From Alphaproteobacteria bacterium (lineage in GTDB: Bacteria > Pseudomonadota > Alphaproteobacteria > UBA6615), in NCBI GenBank assembly GCA_965261975.1, contig CBDHEC010000050.1:1-64000 (forward strand): a stretch of DNA of 64,000 nt. Reading direction: 5' to 3'. Under the pieces are notes generated by a model. The model made no database searches. It was given only the letters and a program-made list of their open reading frames with translations, and was not told the DNA's origin. Numbering within the stretch: the stretch's first letter is position 1; each line of letters starts with the position of its first letter. Shown here one piece after another: positions 42,782 to 52,957 of this stretch. The position numbers and the translations under genes were made by a program.

Positions 42782-44704
42782 CTAGGCGCGAACGCCGGTC
42801 GCCTCTTCCTCGCGGCCCAGCGCACACAGAACTTTCGAGACGATCCCCGACGCCGTGAGGCCCGCCTGTTCGTACTGAACTTCCGGCTTTTCATGGTCGA
42901 TGAATATGTCCGGCAATGTCATCGGCCGGAACTTCAGGCCGCCATCCAGCAGGCCCGCATTGGCCAGGTCGGTCATTACCTGGGTCGCAAATCCACCGAT
43001 CGACCCCTCTTCCACGGTCACCAGAACCTCGTGCTCGCGGGCCAGACGATGAACGAGATCGGTATCCAGCGGCTTGGCGAAGCGCGCGTCGGCGACCGTC
43101 GTGCTCAACCCGTGGCTGGCCAGGTCCTCAGCCGCAGCCAGACACTCCTGCAGGCGGCCACCATAGGAAAGCAACGCCACGCTCGTGCCCTCGCGCAAGA
43201 TACGGCCCTTGCCGATCTCCAGCGGTGTGCCGGTTTCGGGCATTTCGACGCCGACACCCTCGCCGCGCGGATAGCGGAATGCCGATGGACGGTCATCGAT
43301 CGCCGCCGCGGTCGCAACCATGTTGACCAGCTCGGCCTCATCGGCCGCGGCCATCAGGACGAAACCCGGCAGGCAACCGAGATAGGCGACATCGAAGGAA
43401 CCGTGATGGGTGGCACCATCGGCACCGACGAGCCCGGCGCGATCGATCGCGAAACGTACCGGAAGTCCCTGGATCGCCACGTCGTGGACGACCTGGTCGT
43501 AACCGCGCTGAAGGAATGTCGAATAGATCGCGACGAAGGGCTTGAAGCCTTCCGAGGCGAGGCCGGCGGCAAATGTCACGCCGTGCTGCTCGGCGATCGC
43601 CACGTCGAAGCAGCGGTCGGGAAATACGTTGCCGAAGATATCCAGGCCCGTGCCCGACGGCATTGCGGCGGTCACCGCGACAATCCTGTCGTCCGCCTCC
43701 GCTTCCTTGACAAGGCTTTCGGCAAACACCTTGGTATAGCTCGGCGCGTTCGACTTCGCCTTCACCTGGGCGCCGGTGACCACATCGAACTTCGACACGG
43801 CATGATACTTCTCGTCGCCACCCTTGTCGGATTCGAAGCCCCGACCCTTCTGGGTCACAACATGCACCAGCACCGGAGCGTCCTGCTTGCTGTCGCGTAC
43901 ATTCTTCAACACCGGCAGCAGATGGTCGATGTTATGTCCGTCGATGGGGCCGATATAGTAGAAGCCCATCTCCTCGAACAGCGTCCCGCCGGTCACGAAC
44001 CCGCGGGCATATTCCTCGGCCCGGCGCGCGGCTTCCTCGAAGCTTTTGGGGAACCGGTGGGCCATGTCCTTGGCCACCCGACGCAGGGATCGGTAACTCT
44101 TGGACGAGATCAGGCGCGAGAGATAGGCGCTCATCGCGCCGACCGCCGGGGCGATCGACATGTCGTTGTCGTTCAGCACCACGACGAGGCGCGAATCCAT
44201 GGAGCCCGCATTGTTCATGGCCTCATAGGCCATGCCGGCACTCATCGAACCGTCGCCGATGACGGCGACGACATTGTTGTCGTCCTCGGCAAGGTCACGT
44301 GCGACAGCCATGCCGAGCCCGGCCGAGATCGAGGTGGAACTATGCGCGGCACCGAACGGGTCGTACTCGCTCTCGGCGCGGCGGGTGAAGCCGGACAGCC
44401 CGCCGCCTTGGCGCAGGGTGCGGATGCGGTCGCGTCGGTCGGTCAGAATCTTGTGGGGATAGCATTGGTGGCTGACATCCCAGATCAGCCGGTCGCGGGG
44501 GGTGTCGAAAACATGGTGGAGTGCCACCGTCAGCTCGACCACGCCCAGCCCCGCGCCCAGATGGCCGCCGGTGATCGACACGGCATCGATCGTTTCCTGG
44601 CGAAGCTCGTCGGCCAGCTGCTTGAGCTGGTCCGGCGAAAAATCCGTCATATCCGCCGGAATCCGGACGGTATCGAGAAGTGGTGTTTTGCTGTTTTCGC
44701 TCAA
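42782..44704 (-). CDS. dxs: 1-deoxy-D-xylulose-5-phosphate synthase
   Basis: [56 protein letters not shown]. Confidence 0.97.
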   Translation of the reverse strand: MSENSKTPLLDTVRIPADMTDFSPDQLKQLADELRQETIDAVSITGGHLGAGLGVVELTVALHHVFDTPRDRLIWDVSHQCYPHKILTDRRDRIRTLRQGGGLSGFTRRAESEYDPFGAAHSSTSISAGLGMAVARDLAEDDNNVVAVIGDGSMSAGMAYEAMNNAGSMDSRLVVVLNDNDMSIAPAVGAMSAYLSRLISSKSYRSLRRVAKDMAHRFPKSFEEAARRAEEYARGFVTGGTLFEEMGFYYIGPIDGHNIDHLLPVLKNVRDSKQDAPVLVHVVTQKGRGFESDKGGDEKYHAVSKFDVVTGAQVKAKSNAPSYTKVFAESLVKEAEADDRIVAVTAAMPSGTGLDIFGNVFPDRCFDVAIAEQHGVTFAAGLASEGFKPFVAIYSTFLQRGYDQVVHDVAIQGLPVRFAIDRAGLVGADGATHHGSFDVAYLGCLPGFVLMAAADEAELVNMVATAAAIDDRPSAFRYPRGEGVGVEMPETGTPLEIGKGRILREGTSVALLSYGGRLQECLAAAEDLASHGLSTTVADARFAKPLDTDLVHRLAREHEVLVTVEEGSIGGFATQVMTDLANAGLLDGGLKFRPMTLPDIFIDHEKPEVQYEQAGLTASGIVSKVLCALGREEEATGVRA

Positions 44705-44735
44705 CGGACGGGTCCAATCGCGGCCCTGAATACAA

Positions 44736-45644
44736 TCACACGCGCCGATCGATCAAGCGTTCGGCAGCGGCCCGCAATAAATCTGCCTTTTCCCCAAAGA
44801 AATCAAGGTTTTCGACGGCCATTCGGACATGTCTTTCTGCGATCGCCCGCGCGCCGTCCAGGCCGTGGCGCGAGACGAAGGTCGCCTTGCCACGCGCGTT
44901 GTCCTTGCCGACGGCTTTTCCGGTCTCAGCGGCGTCGCCGATCTCGTCGAGAATATCGTCAGTGATCTGGAAGGCGAGCCCGAAATCGGCGCCGAAATCC
45001 CGGAGGTGTCGGCGTGCCGCCTCGTCCGCCCCGGCAGCCACCGCACCCGCCTCGCAAGACCAGGCAAACAGGGCGCCGGTCTTCATCGCTTCGAGCTGCA
45101 TGATTCCGGCATCGTCTTCAACGGGCTGACGTTCGGCCTGGAGATCGAGCATTTGCCCTCCCACCATGCCGTCAGGGCCGCCGGCGCGTGCCAGGCCGAG
45201 CACAAGTTCGGCGCGGATTGCAGGATCGGCGTGGGTCGCAGGGTCGGCCAGTACCTCGAAGGCCAGGGTCAGCAACGCGTCACCCGAGAGGATCGCCGTC
45301 GCTTCATCGAATTTCTTGTGCAGGGTCGGCTGGCCCCGGCGCAGATCATCGTCATCCATCGCCGGCAGATCGTCATGCACCAGCGAATAGGTGTGCATCA
45401 TCTCAACCGCAGCCGCCACGCGCAGCGCCACCTGACGGTCACCATCGCAGATCTCCGCCGCAGACAGCACCAGGAACGGCCTCAGTCGCTTGCCACCGGC
45501 AAGTGCCGCATAGCGCATTGCCTCCCAAAGGTTGGCAATTTCGTCGGCCTGGTCGGACGGGCAGTCGAGGAGAGCGGCTATCGTCGCGTCGACTTCAGCC
45601 GCGACGGCAGCCAGCGCGTCGGCATAGCTGGTGGACACGATCAA
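44736..45644 (-). CDS. ispA: Farnesyl/geranylgeranyl diphosphate synthase
   Basis: [37 protein letters not shown]; start approximate. Confidence 0.93.
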   Translation of the reverse strand: MIVSTSYADALAAVAAEVDATIAALLDCPSDQADEIANLWEAMRYAALAGGKRLRPFLVLSAAEICDGDRQVALRVAAAVEMMHTYSLVHDDLPAMDDDDLRRGQPTLHKKFDEATAILSGDALLTLAFEVLADPATHADPAIRAELVLGLARAGGPDGMVGGQMLDLQAERQPVEDDAGIMQLEAMKTGALFAWSCEAGAVAAGADEAARRHLRDFGADFGLAFQITDDILDEIGDAAETGKAVGKDNARGKATFVSRHGLDGARAIAERHVRMAVENLDFFGEKADLLRAAAERLIDRRV

Positions 45645-45904
45645 TCCGAGGCGACCGGTTCGGTGTCCGGTGTGCCGTCCGCGCCGAGCGATATCTTCTC
45701 AACCCGCGCCTGCGCCTGTCGAAGTTTCGATTCGCAGTGGCGCTTCAGCGCCGCGCCGCGCTCATACGCGGCGATCGCGTCATCGAGCGCGCTGTCGCCG
45801 CCTTCGAGATTGCGCACGATTTCCTCGAGCTGCGCCAGCGCATCCTCGAAAGACATCTTCGCGATGTCGGCCGGAATTTCGACCTTTGGTTCTTCCTTCG
45901 CCAT
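45641..45904 (-). CDS. xseB: Exodeoxyribonuclease VII small subunit
   Basis: MSFEDALAQLEEIVRNLEGG..LDDAIAAYERG. Confidence 0.95.
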   Translation of the reverse strand: MAKEEPKVEIPADIAKMSFEDALAQLEEIVRNLEGGDSALDDAIAAYERGAALKRHCESKLRQAQARVEKISLGADGTPDTEPVASD

Positions 45905-45946
45905 ATTCAATCCTCTACCGGCAGCAATGCGCGCCGTCAAATCGGT

Positions 45947-46873
45947 TCAGCCCATCAGGGCGCCCACATGGGCAGCCGCAGATTCGCCCAAGGCCGTCAG
46001 ATCGTAGCCCCCTTCGAGAGTCGACACGACCCGACCGTCACATACGGCTTCCGCCAAGCGGCGCAGTTCCTCTGTCGCCCAGACAAAGTCCTCCGTCTCA
46101 AGCGACAGCTGCGCCAGCGGATCTCGGCGATGCGCATCGAAACCGGCCGAGATCAAAATCAGGTCCGGCCCGAAATTCCGCATGGCCGGCAAAACCACGT
46201 CACGCATCGCGGTCCGAAAATCATCCGACCCCGCGCCGGGCCATAGCGGCGCATTGGCGATATTGCCATGTGCACCGGTTTCATTCTTGTCGCCCGTGCC
46301 CGGATAGAGCGGCCATTGATGGGTCGAGGCGTAGAACAGCCCCGGCTCGTTCCAGAACATGGCCTGGGTGCCGTTGCCATGATGGACGTCGAAATCCATC
46401 ACGGCGACACGTTCCGCCCCATGTGCCACGCGCGCATGCTCGGCACCGATCGCCACGCTGTTGAACAGGCAGAAGCCCATCCCCTGGCTCGGCTCGGCAT
46501 GGTGCCCCGGCGGCCGCATGGCGCAGAAGGCATTGTCGGCCGCACCTGACATCACCGCGTCGACCGCCTCCACCATGGCGCCCGCGGCGCGCAGCGCCGC
46601 CTCGCCGGATTTTGGCGACATGAGTGTGTCGGCATCGATCCGGCTAACCCCCTCGGTCGGCACCAGATCGAACACCCTGGCCACATAGTCTTCCGGATGT
46701 ACCAGGGTCAGATGTTCGCGCCTCGCCTCAGCGGGAGTGTGGCGTTCGAGACCATCGAAGGCGGGGGCCGCCAGGACCTCGGCGATCGTGCGCAATCGGT
46801 CGGGTGATTCCGGGTGTCCCGATGCGGGTTCATGTTCGATGCAGACCGGGTGGAAATAGAAGCGGGTCGTCAT
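45947..46873 (-). CDS. Histone deacetylase family protein
   Basis: GHPESPDRL, RPPGHHA, GFC, DFDVHHGNGTQ, SAGFDAH, LEGGY. Confidence 0.93.
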   Translation of the reverse strand: MTTRFYFHPVCIEHEPASGHPESPDRLRTIAEVLAAPAFDGLERHTPAEARREHLTLVHPEDYVARVFDLVPTEGVSRIDADTLMSPKSGEAALRAAGAMVEAVDAVMSGAADNAFCAMRPPGHHAEPSQGMGFCLFNSVAIGAEHARVAHGAERVAVMDFDVHHGNGTQAMFWNEPGLFYASTHQWPLYPGTGDKNETGAHGNIANAPLWPGAGSDDFRTAMRDVVLPAMRNFGPDLILISAGFDAHRRDPLAQLSLETEDFVWATEELRRLAEAVCDGRVVSTLEGGYDLTALGESAAAHVGALMG

Positions 46874-46968
46874 GCGCCGACTCCGGATTGATTGGGCATG
46901 GCGCCATTGTAACGGCCGGAACGCCATGGCGACAGGGACGCGATTTGCACCCTAGCCGTTGGCGAAAT

Positions 46969-46984
46969 TGTGACAAACAGCACG
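46969..46984. promoter_or_regulatory. CRP-like site upstream of the RND operon
   Basis: aaatTGTGA-CAAACA-GCACG (two mismatches to TGTGA-N6-TCACA); TTGACA at 47005-47010. Confidence 0.4.
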
Positions 46985-47092
46985 GCTATATCGGTCTTAG
47001 CCAATTGACATATATTGGCGCGCGGCGTGTTCTCCTCGCCAATAGTGCAACCGACGTGTACAGCACCGTATCGTTCCTGGAGATGTTACGTG

Positions 47093-48682
47093 ATGAACGC
47101 TCGAAAACTTCGAACCGCAACCCTCCCCGGCGCGGCCATATTCGTAGCGGGTGCGTTATTCACCGCGCCCGCCCTGGCCCAGACACCCGAGCTTTCGGGT
47201 CCCGCCCAGGCACTCGATACCAACAGTAACGGGTTGATCGAACGCGCAGAGGCGCGCGGCCCGGCGGCCGCCAATTTCGACACGATCGACCTGGACAAGA
47301 GCGACACCCTCGACGGCAACGAACTTCGCCACTTCTTCGCCGGTGGCCCCCGGCCCGAACCCAGGACCGCTGCCGCCAGCACGCCCGCCGAACCACTTGC
47401 CGGACCGGCGGTGGCAATGGATGCCAACAGCAACGGAACCATTGAGAAGAACGAGGCCCAGGGGCCGGCTGCATCCAACTTCGATACGATTGATCTCGAC
47501 AAGAGCGGCACCCTCGACGGGTCGGAACTGCGCTACTTCTTCCGGGGCGGCGAACGCCCCGGCGGCCCGGCGAAGGCCGACAACGCAGACGCAAAACCCT
47601 CGGGCGGCGCGCCGGGTGGACCGCCACCTGCGCGCGTTGTTCTCGACAAGGTCATCGAAGAGCGGATCGGCCAGACCACCCCCGTCGTGGGCCGTATCGT
47701 GGCCCAACAATCCGGGCCGATCGCCGCGCGCATCGGCGGCGCGGTTGTGGAAATGCGGGTGGACGTCGGCGACCGGGTCGCGACCGGTGACGTGCTGGCG
47801 CAGATCGACCGCGAACGCATGCAGCTCGAGCGCGACCGTTACGCCGCCATCGTGTCGCAGCAGCGCGCCAACCTGACGGCCGAACGCGCCGACCTCGAGC
47901 AGACCCAGAACGAACTGGACCGCCTGGAGGGCATTCGTAAATCGGCCGCCTTCTCGCAGGCCCGCTTTGAAGATGCGGTCCAGGCCGTTGCGTCCCAGAC
48001 CGGCTCGGTCGCCGAAACGCGCGCCCAGTTGGCGCAGGCACAAGCCCAGCTGAAGCGTGCCGACCGAGACCTGACGGACACCGAGATTCGCGCGCCCTAC
48101 CCCGGGGTAATCAGCGAGACACACACCGAAATCGGCGCGTATCTGTCGATCGGCAACCCGGTCGCAACCATCATCAACGACCTGAATCTGGAGGTCGAGG
48201 CGGACGTTCCGACCGCCCGGGTCACAAATCTGAGCGACGGGGATGTGGTGAACATCCGAATTCGCGACGGGCAGACCATTCCGGCGACCTTGCGCGCGGT
48301 CGTGCCGGTCGAGAATCCCCGGACCCGGACCCGGCCGGTGCGTTTCACGCCTGATTTTGCCGGCCTGGACGTACCCCTGGCCGACAACCAGAGCGTGACG
48401 GTCCTGCTCCCGGTTGGTGGATCGCGTGATGCCGTCACCGTATCCAAGGATGCGGTCACCCAACGCAACGGACAAAGCATGGTGTTTGTCTCGAACAACG
48501 GGCGCGCCCAGCCGCGCCCCGTGACGACAGGCGAGGCGACCGGCAGCCGGCTCGTCGTGATATCGGGCCTGAAGGTCGGCGACCAGGTCGTGGTGCGCGG
48601 CAATGAGCGGCTGCGTCCCGGCCAGCGCCTCCAGGATGTGGGGGCCAACGGCGGCGCGACGAACGGCAGCGGCGGGGGCTGA
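47093..48682 (+). CDS. RND efflux periplasmic adaptor (MFP) with four N-terminal EF-hand loops
   Basis: Signal peptide APALA-Q; loops DTNSNGLIERAE, DLDKSDTLDGNE, DANSNGTIEKNE, DLDKSGTLDGSE; then VDVGDRV..GDVLA, helical hairpin, IRAPYPG, GLKVGDQVVVRG. Confidence 0.9.
   Translation: MNARKLRTATLPGAAIFVAGALFTAPALAQTPELSGPAQALDTNSNGLIERAEARGPAAANFDTIDLDKSDTLDGNELRHFFAGGPRPEPRTAAASTPAEPLAGPAVAMDANSNGTIEKNEAQGPAASNFDTIDLDKSGTLDGSELRYFFRGGERPGGPAKADNADAKPSGGAPGGPPPARVVLDKVIEERIGQTTPVVGRIVAQQSGPIAARIGGAVVEMRVDVGDRVATGDVLAQIDRERMQLERDRYAAIVSQQRANLTAERADLEQTQNELDRLEGIRKSAAFSQARFEDAVQAVASQTGSVAETRAQLAQAQAQLKRADRDLTDTEIRAPYPGVISETHTEIGAYLSIGNPVATIINDLNLEVEADVPTARVTNLSDGDVVNIRIRDGQTIPATLRAVVPVENPRTRTRPVRFTPDFAGLDVPLADNQSVTVLLPVGGSRDAVTVSKDAVTQRNGQSMVFVSNNGRAQPRPVTTGEATGSRLVVISGLKVGDQVVVRGNERLRPGQRLQDVGANGGATNGSGGG
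47198..47549 (+). repeat. Intragenic duplication of an EF-hand pair (period 204 nt)
   Basis: GPAQALDTNSNG...NFDTIDLDKS...ELRHFF at 47198 recurs as GPAVAMDANSNG...NFDTIDLDKS...ELRYFF at 47402. Confidence 0.9.
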
Positions 48683-48687
48683 TCGCG

Positions 48688-51600
48688 ATGAACCTGATCT
48701 CCGCGTCCATTCACCGGCCGATCGCGGTTATCGCCGTCGTCATCATGATCATCATGTTCGGCTGGGTGGCGCTGCAGCGCATCCCCATCCAGCTGGCACC
48801 GGACGTACGCCAGCCGGTGATCATCGTCGACACCTTCTGGCCGGGTGCGTCGCCGCTTGAGGTCGAACGCGAGATCGTCAACCGCCAGGAAGAAGTTCTC
48901 AAGGGGATCGAGGGTGTGCGCAAGATCGAGAGCCGCGCGCGCACCGGACGCGCGGATATCACGCTCGAGTTTGCGCCGAGCCAGAACATGGACCGCGCGC
49001 TTTTGCTGGTGGCAAACCGGCTCGACCGGGTGAGCGGGTATCCCGAGGAAACCGACGAGCCGACCCTGCGCACGTCGGGCACCGACGACAATCCGATCGC
49101 CTGGTTCGTCCTGCGCCGGCAGGCCGAGAATGACCGGGATCTCCTGACCTATGGCGATTTCCTCGAAGACGTTGTCCAGGAGCGGATCGAACGCATCCCG
49201 GGAATCTCCGGCGTCAACATATTCGGAGAGACCGAACGCGAGATGCGGGTCATCATCGATCCCGAGCAGCTCGCCCAGTTCCGCCTGACAATCGGCGATG
49301 TCGTGGAACGGCTGCGCGCCGAGAATGCTTCGATCTCGGGCGGTGACGTCGAAGAGGGCAAACGCGCCTATGTTGTGCGCACCGAGGGCGATTTCACCAC
49401 GCCTGAACAGGTTCTCGACGTTGTGCTGCGCTCGGATGCCGGGCAGGCGGACGGCCAGATCGGCCGGATCACACTCCGCGATATCGCCCATGTCGAACTC
49501 GGTTACAAGGAGGCGCGGGCGCTCCCTCACAGGTTTGACGAACGCGCCATGGCATTCAACATGACCCGCGAACAGGGGGCCAACGTCCTGACGGTGATGG
49601 ACCAGGTACATCGTGTCGTCGGCGACCTTGCCGAAGGGCCGCTCAACCGGGTCGGCCTGATCGTCGAGAACGTGTTCGACGAGACACTGTATGTGAATTC
49701 GGCCATCTCCCTGGTGCAGCAAAACATTATCGTCGGCGGCATTCTCGCCGCCCTGATCCTGATGCTGTTCCTGCGATCATGGCGCCCGACCCTCGTTGTT
49801 TCGCTTGCAATTCCGGTCTCGGTGATTGGTTCCTTCGTGGCCATGGCCGCCCTCGGTCGCTCCCTCAACGTCATCAGCCTGGCGGGCATCGCCTTCGCCG
49901 TCGGCATGGTCGTCGATGCCGCGATCGTCGTGCTCGAGAACATCTTCCGACTGCGCCAGGAGGGTCACTCCCGCGCCGAAGCGGCGCGCCTGGGTGCCTC
50001 GCAAGTGTGGCCGGCCGTGCTCGTGTCGTCCCTGACCACCGTCATGGTGTTCATCCCGATCCTGGTCATGGAGCTCGAGGCCGGACAGCTGTTCCGGGAT
50101 ATCGCGGTCGCGATCTCCGTCTCCGTCCTTCTGTCGTTGCTGGTCTCGGTGACCGTTATTCCTGCGCTCGCCAACCGCCTGCTCGTGAACAGCGTGGCCG
50201 ATGGCAAGAAAGCAACGCGCATCCCCGTCCTCGATGATTTCGCCCACGGGTTCGTGACCTTCTGGCAGGATTTCACCCGGATGGTCGTGCGATCGAAATT
50301 GCGTGCGCTGGTCGTTGTCGGCGCCATCACGCTCGCATCTGGCGCGTTCACCTGGGCCTTCGCACCGAAGCTCGATTACCTGCCGACCGGCAACCGCAAT
50401 TTCGTGTTCGGCTTCGTGAACGTGCCGCCGGGATACAATCTCGACACGGTCACCGAGATCACCGAGCGCATCGCGAATCGCACCCGCAGCCTCTGGGCAT
50501 CGGAGACAGGCCCCGAATCCGAGGCCGGTGAACCGCCAAAGTTCCAGCGCTTCATCCGCGTACCCTTTGCCGGCCGCGCCTTCATCGGTGGAACATCCGT
50601 CGACCCGAGCCGTGCCTCGGAGCTGATCCCGGTCCTGCAGAACGCGGGGCGACAGGACCCGGGCGTGCTCACCTTCCCGAGCCAGCCCTCGCTGTTTGGC
50701 CGCTCACTGGGCAGCGGCCGCACCATCGACGTCGACATTCGCGGGTCGGACCTCGAGCAGATTTACCAAGTCGCCTTCGATGTCTTTATCCGCCTGGCAC
50801 CCCGCTTCCCGTTCAGTGACGGCAATCAGGTCCGGCCGATCCCGAGCCTGACCTTGTCCGCACCCGAGGTCCGGGTCGAACCGAACCGCCTGCAACTCGC
50901 CGACAATGGCCTGTCGGCCCGTGCACTCGGCCAGGCCGTCGACGCCTTCAATGACGGTTTGCGGGTCGCCGAAATAACGGTCGACGGCAAGCGGATTGAC
51001 CTGACGCTGACCGGCCCGCCCAACATTATCGATCAAACCCAGGGAATCGGTTCTCTGCCGGTCGTGACCCGGGACGGTCGCATCGTGCCGGTCGAGGGGC
51101 TTGCCGACGTAAAAATCACCTCGGGCCCGACCGAGGTCAGGCGCGCCGACCGCGCGCGTACGGTACGGCTACAGGTCCGCCCGAACGCGGATACACCGTT
51201 ACAGGGCGCATTCGAGCTTATTCAGGAAGAAATCGTCAAACCCATGGAAGAAGCGGGCCTGCCCGAAGGGGTCAGTATCCGGCTGACCGGTACGGCCGAC
51301 AAGTTGCTGGAAACCTGGAACGAACTGGTCATCGATCTGATTCTGGCGATCGTGATCGTCTATCTGGTGATGGCCGTCCTGTTCGAGAGCTTTATCTATC
51401 CGCTGATCATCATGCTCACCGTCCCCGTCGCCGCAGCCGGCGGTATCGCGGGGCTGGCGCTATTGAACATCTGGGTTCTGCAGCCCCTCGACATGCTGAC
51501 AATGCTGGGATTCGTAATCCTGACCGGAATCGTCGTGAACAATGCGATTCTGCTCGTCCACCAGACCCTCTATCACATACGCGAAGATGGCATGACGGCA

Positions 51601-51870
51601 GATGATGCGATCATGCTGGCGACCCAGAACCGGGTCCGGCCGATCTTCATGTCCACGCTCACCTCGGTGTTCGGGATGTTGCCGCTGGTCGTGTTCCCCG
51701 GTGCCGGCTCGGAGCTTTATCGCGGGTTGGGTTCGGTCGTGCTGGGCGGTCTTTCGCTATCGGCCGTCCTCACCCTGGCAATCGTGCCGCCGATGATGTC
51801 GATCACCGTCGGCTGGCGTGAACGAAACCGTAACAATGAGGTGGACGCGAGCCCGTCGCCCGCATCCTAG
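48688..51870 (+). CDS. RND efflux transporter permease (AcrB/AcrD/AcrF family)
   Basis: 1060 aa; WPGASPLEVE, GMVVDAAIVVLENI, GIVVNNAILLV, RVRPIFMSTLT. Confidence 0.95.
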   Translation: MNLISASIHRPIAVIAVVIMIIMFGWVALQRIPIQLAPDVRQPVIIVDTFWPGASPLEVEREIVNRQEEVLKGIEGVRKIESRARTGRADITLEFAPSQNMDRALLLVANRLDRVSGYPEETDEPTLRTSGTDDNPIAWFVLRRQAENDRDLLTYGDFLEDVVQERIERIPGISGVNIFGETEREMRVIIDPEQLAQFRLTIGDVVERLRAENASISGGDVEEGKRAYVVRTEGDFTTPEQVLDVVLRSDAGQADGQIGRITLRDIAHVELGYKEARALPHRFDERAMAFNMTREQGANVLTVMDQVHRVVGDLAEGPLNRVGLIVENVFDETLYVNSAISLVQQNIIVGGILAALILMLFLRSWRPTLVVSLAIPVSVIGSFVAMAALGRSLNVISLAGIAFAVGMVVDAAIVVLENIFRLRQEGHSRAEAARLGASQVWPAVLVSSLTTVMVFIPILVMELEAGQLFRDIAVAISVSVLLSLLVSVTVIPALANRLLVNSVADGKKATRIPVLDDFAHGFVTFWQDFTRMVVRSKLRALVVVGAITLASGAFTWAFAPKLDYLPTGNRNFVFGFVNVPPGYNLDTVTEITERIANRTRSLWASETGPESEAGEPPKFQRFIRVPFAGRAFIGGTSVDPSRASELIPVLQNAGRQDPGVLTFPSQPSLFGRSLGSGRTIDVDIRGSDLEQIYQVAFDVFIRLAPRFPFSDGNQVRPIPSLTLSAPEVRVEPNRLQLADNGLSARALGQAVDAFNDGLRVAEITVDGKRIDLTLTGPPNIIDQTQGIGSLPVVTRDGRIVPVEGLADVKITSGPTEVRRADRARTVRLQVRPNADTPLQGAFELIQEEIVKPMEEAGLPEGVSIRLTGTADKLLETWNELVIDLILAIVIVYLVMAVLFESFIYPLIIMLTVPVAAAGGIAGLALLNIWVLQPLDMLTMLGFVILTGIVVNNAILLVHQTLYHIREDGMTADDAIMLATQNRVRPIFMSTLTSVFGMLPLVVFPGAGSELYRGLGSVVLGGLSLSAVLTLAIVPPMMSITVGWRERNRNNEVDASPSPAS

Positions 51871-51915
51871 CAGCGCCTCGCCTTTGATCGGGGACGGCGT
51901 TACGATGGCACGATC

Positions 51916-52615
51916 ATGAGCGCATCCGGAAACAGCCTCGCAGAAATCCCGTTCCTCGCGCCGCTGAGCGAGTCATCTCGCGCCGCGCTCGAGCAGCGCG
52001 CGCGCTGGGTCCGTTATACGGCCAATGACACAATCATCGACCGCGAGAGCGAATCCCGGGACGTGTTTTTCGTGGTCGAAGGCCGGGTGCGGGTGGTGAA
52101 TTTCTCGATTTCCGGACGCGAGATCAGTTTCGACGAAATGGACCCCGGCGGGGTGTTCGGCGAACTCGCCGCACTCGACGGGATGCCGCGATCCGCCGCT
52201 GTTGTCGCACTGGCCGATACCCTCGTCGCGTCTATCTCGCCCGACACGTTCCTGAACCTGCTGCGCGACCACCCGGACCTCGCCATCGGAGTGATGCAGG
52301 AACTGGCAAAGATCGTGCGAGCATCGACCGAACGCATCATGGACCTGAGCACCCTGGGTGCGCTCAACCGGGTGCATTCGGAGATCCTGCGCGAAGCGCG
52401 CGCCCATGCCGAGGACGGCGCCAACACCGCCCGCATCACGCCCATCCCGGTACATGCGGATATTGCCGCGCGGGTCAGCACGACCCGCGAGACGGTTGCG
52501 CGCGTCCTGACGCGATCTCACCAAACAAGGTTTGGTCAAACGCGAGAAAAATGCCCTCGCCATCCTCGACCTCGAACGTCTCGAGGACCTTGTTGAGGAA
52601 GTTCGGGACTTTTAA
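51916..52615 (+). CDS. Crp/Fnr family regulator with cNMP-binding motif, frameshifted near 52511
   Basis: FGELAALDGMPRSA, HTH TTRETVARVL; removing one base restores ...DLTKQGLVKREKNALAILDLERLEDLVEEVRDF*. Confidence 0.85.
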
Positions 52616-52655
52616 GCCCCTGACTCAACTGCATTTTCGATTTTTTTCCCCGCCC

Positions 52656-52671
52656 TGTGACGTCCGTCACT
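52656..52671. promoter_or_regulatory. CRP-type binding site
   Basis: TGTGA-CGTCCG-TCACT (one mismatch); TAAGTT at 52693 sits where a class II -10 element would be. Confidence 0.65.
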
Positions 52672-52749
52672 GGGGAATGTCCCTTCGCGCATTAAGTTTG
52701 GATCAATGGCGACGGATCATCGCCACACACCAACGAAACGGAGCCGACC

Positions 52750-52839
52750 ATGTCACGACAAACCCGCATCAACGTCGCCGCCCTCCTCCTGGCAGCCCCG
52801 ATGGTGATCGTCGGAATGTCGCTGACGTCCGGCTTCTGA
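52750..52839 (+). CDS. Putative 29-aa hydrophobic small protein
   Basis: MSRQTRINVAALLLAAPMVIVGMSLTSGF; GGAG RBS 6 nt upstream; own candidate promoter and terminator. Confidence 0.55.
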   Translation: MSRQTRINVAALLLAAPMVIVGMSLTSGF

Positions 52840-52888
52840 TTTCAACCGGTGTGATCTTTTCGCACTGATCCAACCTCCTCCTGGACTT

Positions 52889-52923
52889 GCGGCCGGCTCT
52901 CTCGAGACCGGCCGCTTTCTTTT
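52889..52923 (+). terminator. Rho-independent terminator
   Basis: GCGGCCGG...CCGGCCGC stem followed by TTTCTTTT. Confidence 0.75.
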
Positions 52924-52957
52924 CCAGCCTTGCAATGCGGACAACCCGCACGAAGGA

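Noticed and set aside
42893-44965. 690-aa plus-strand ORF
   Set aside because: Antisense shadow of dxs
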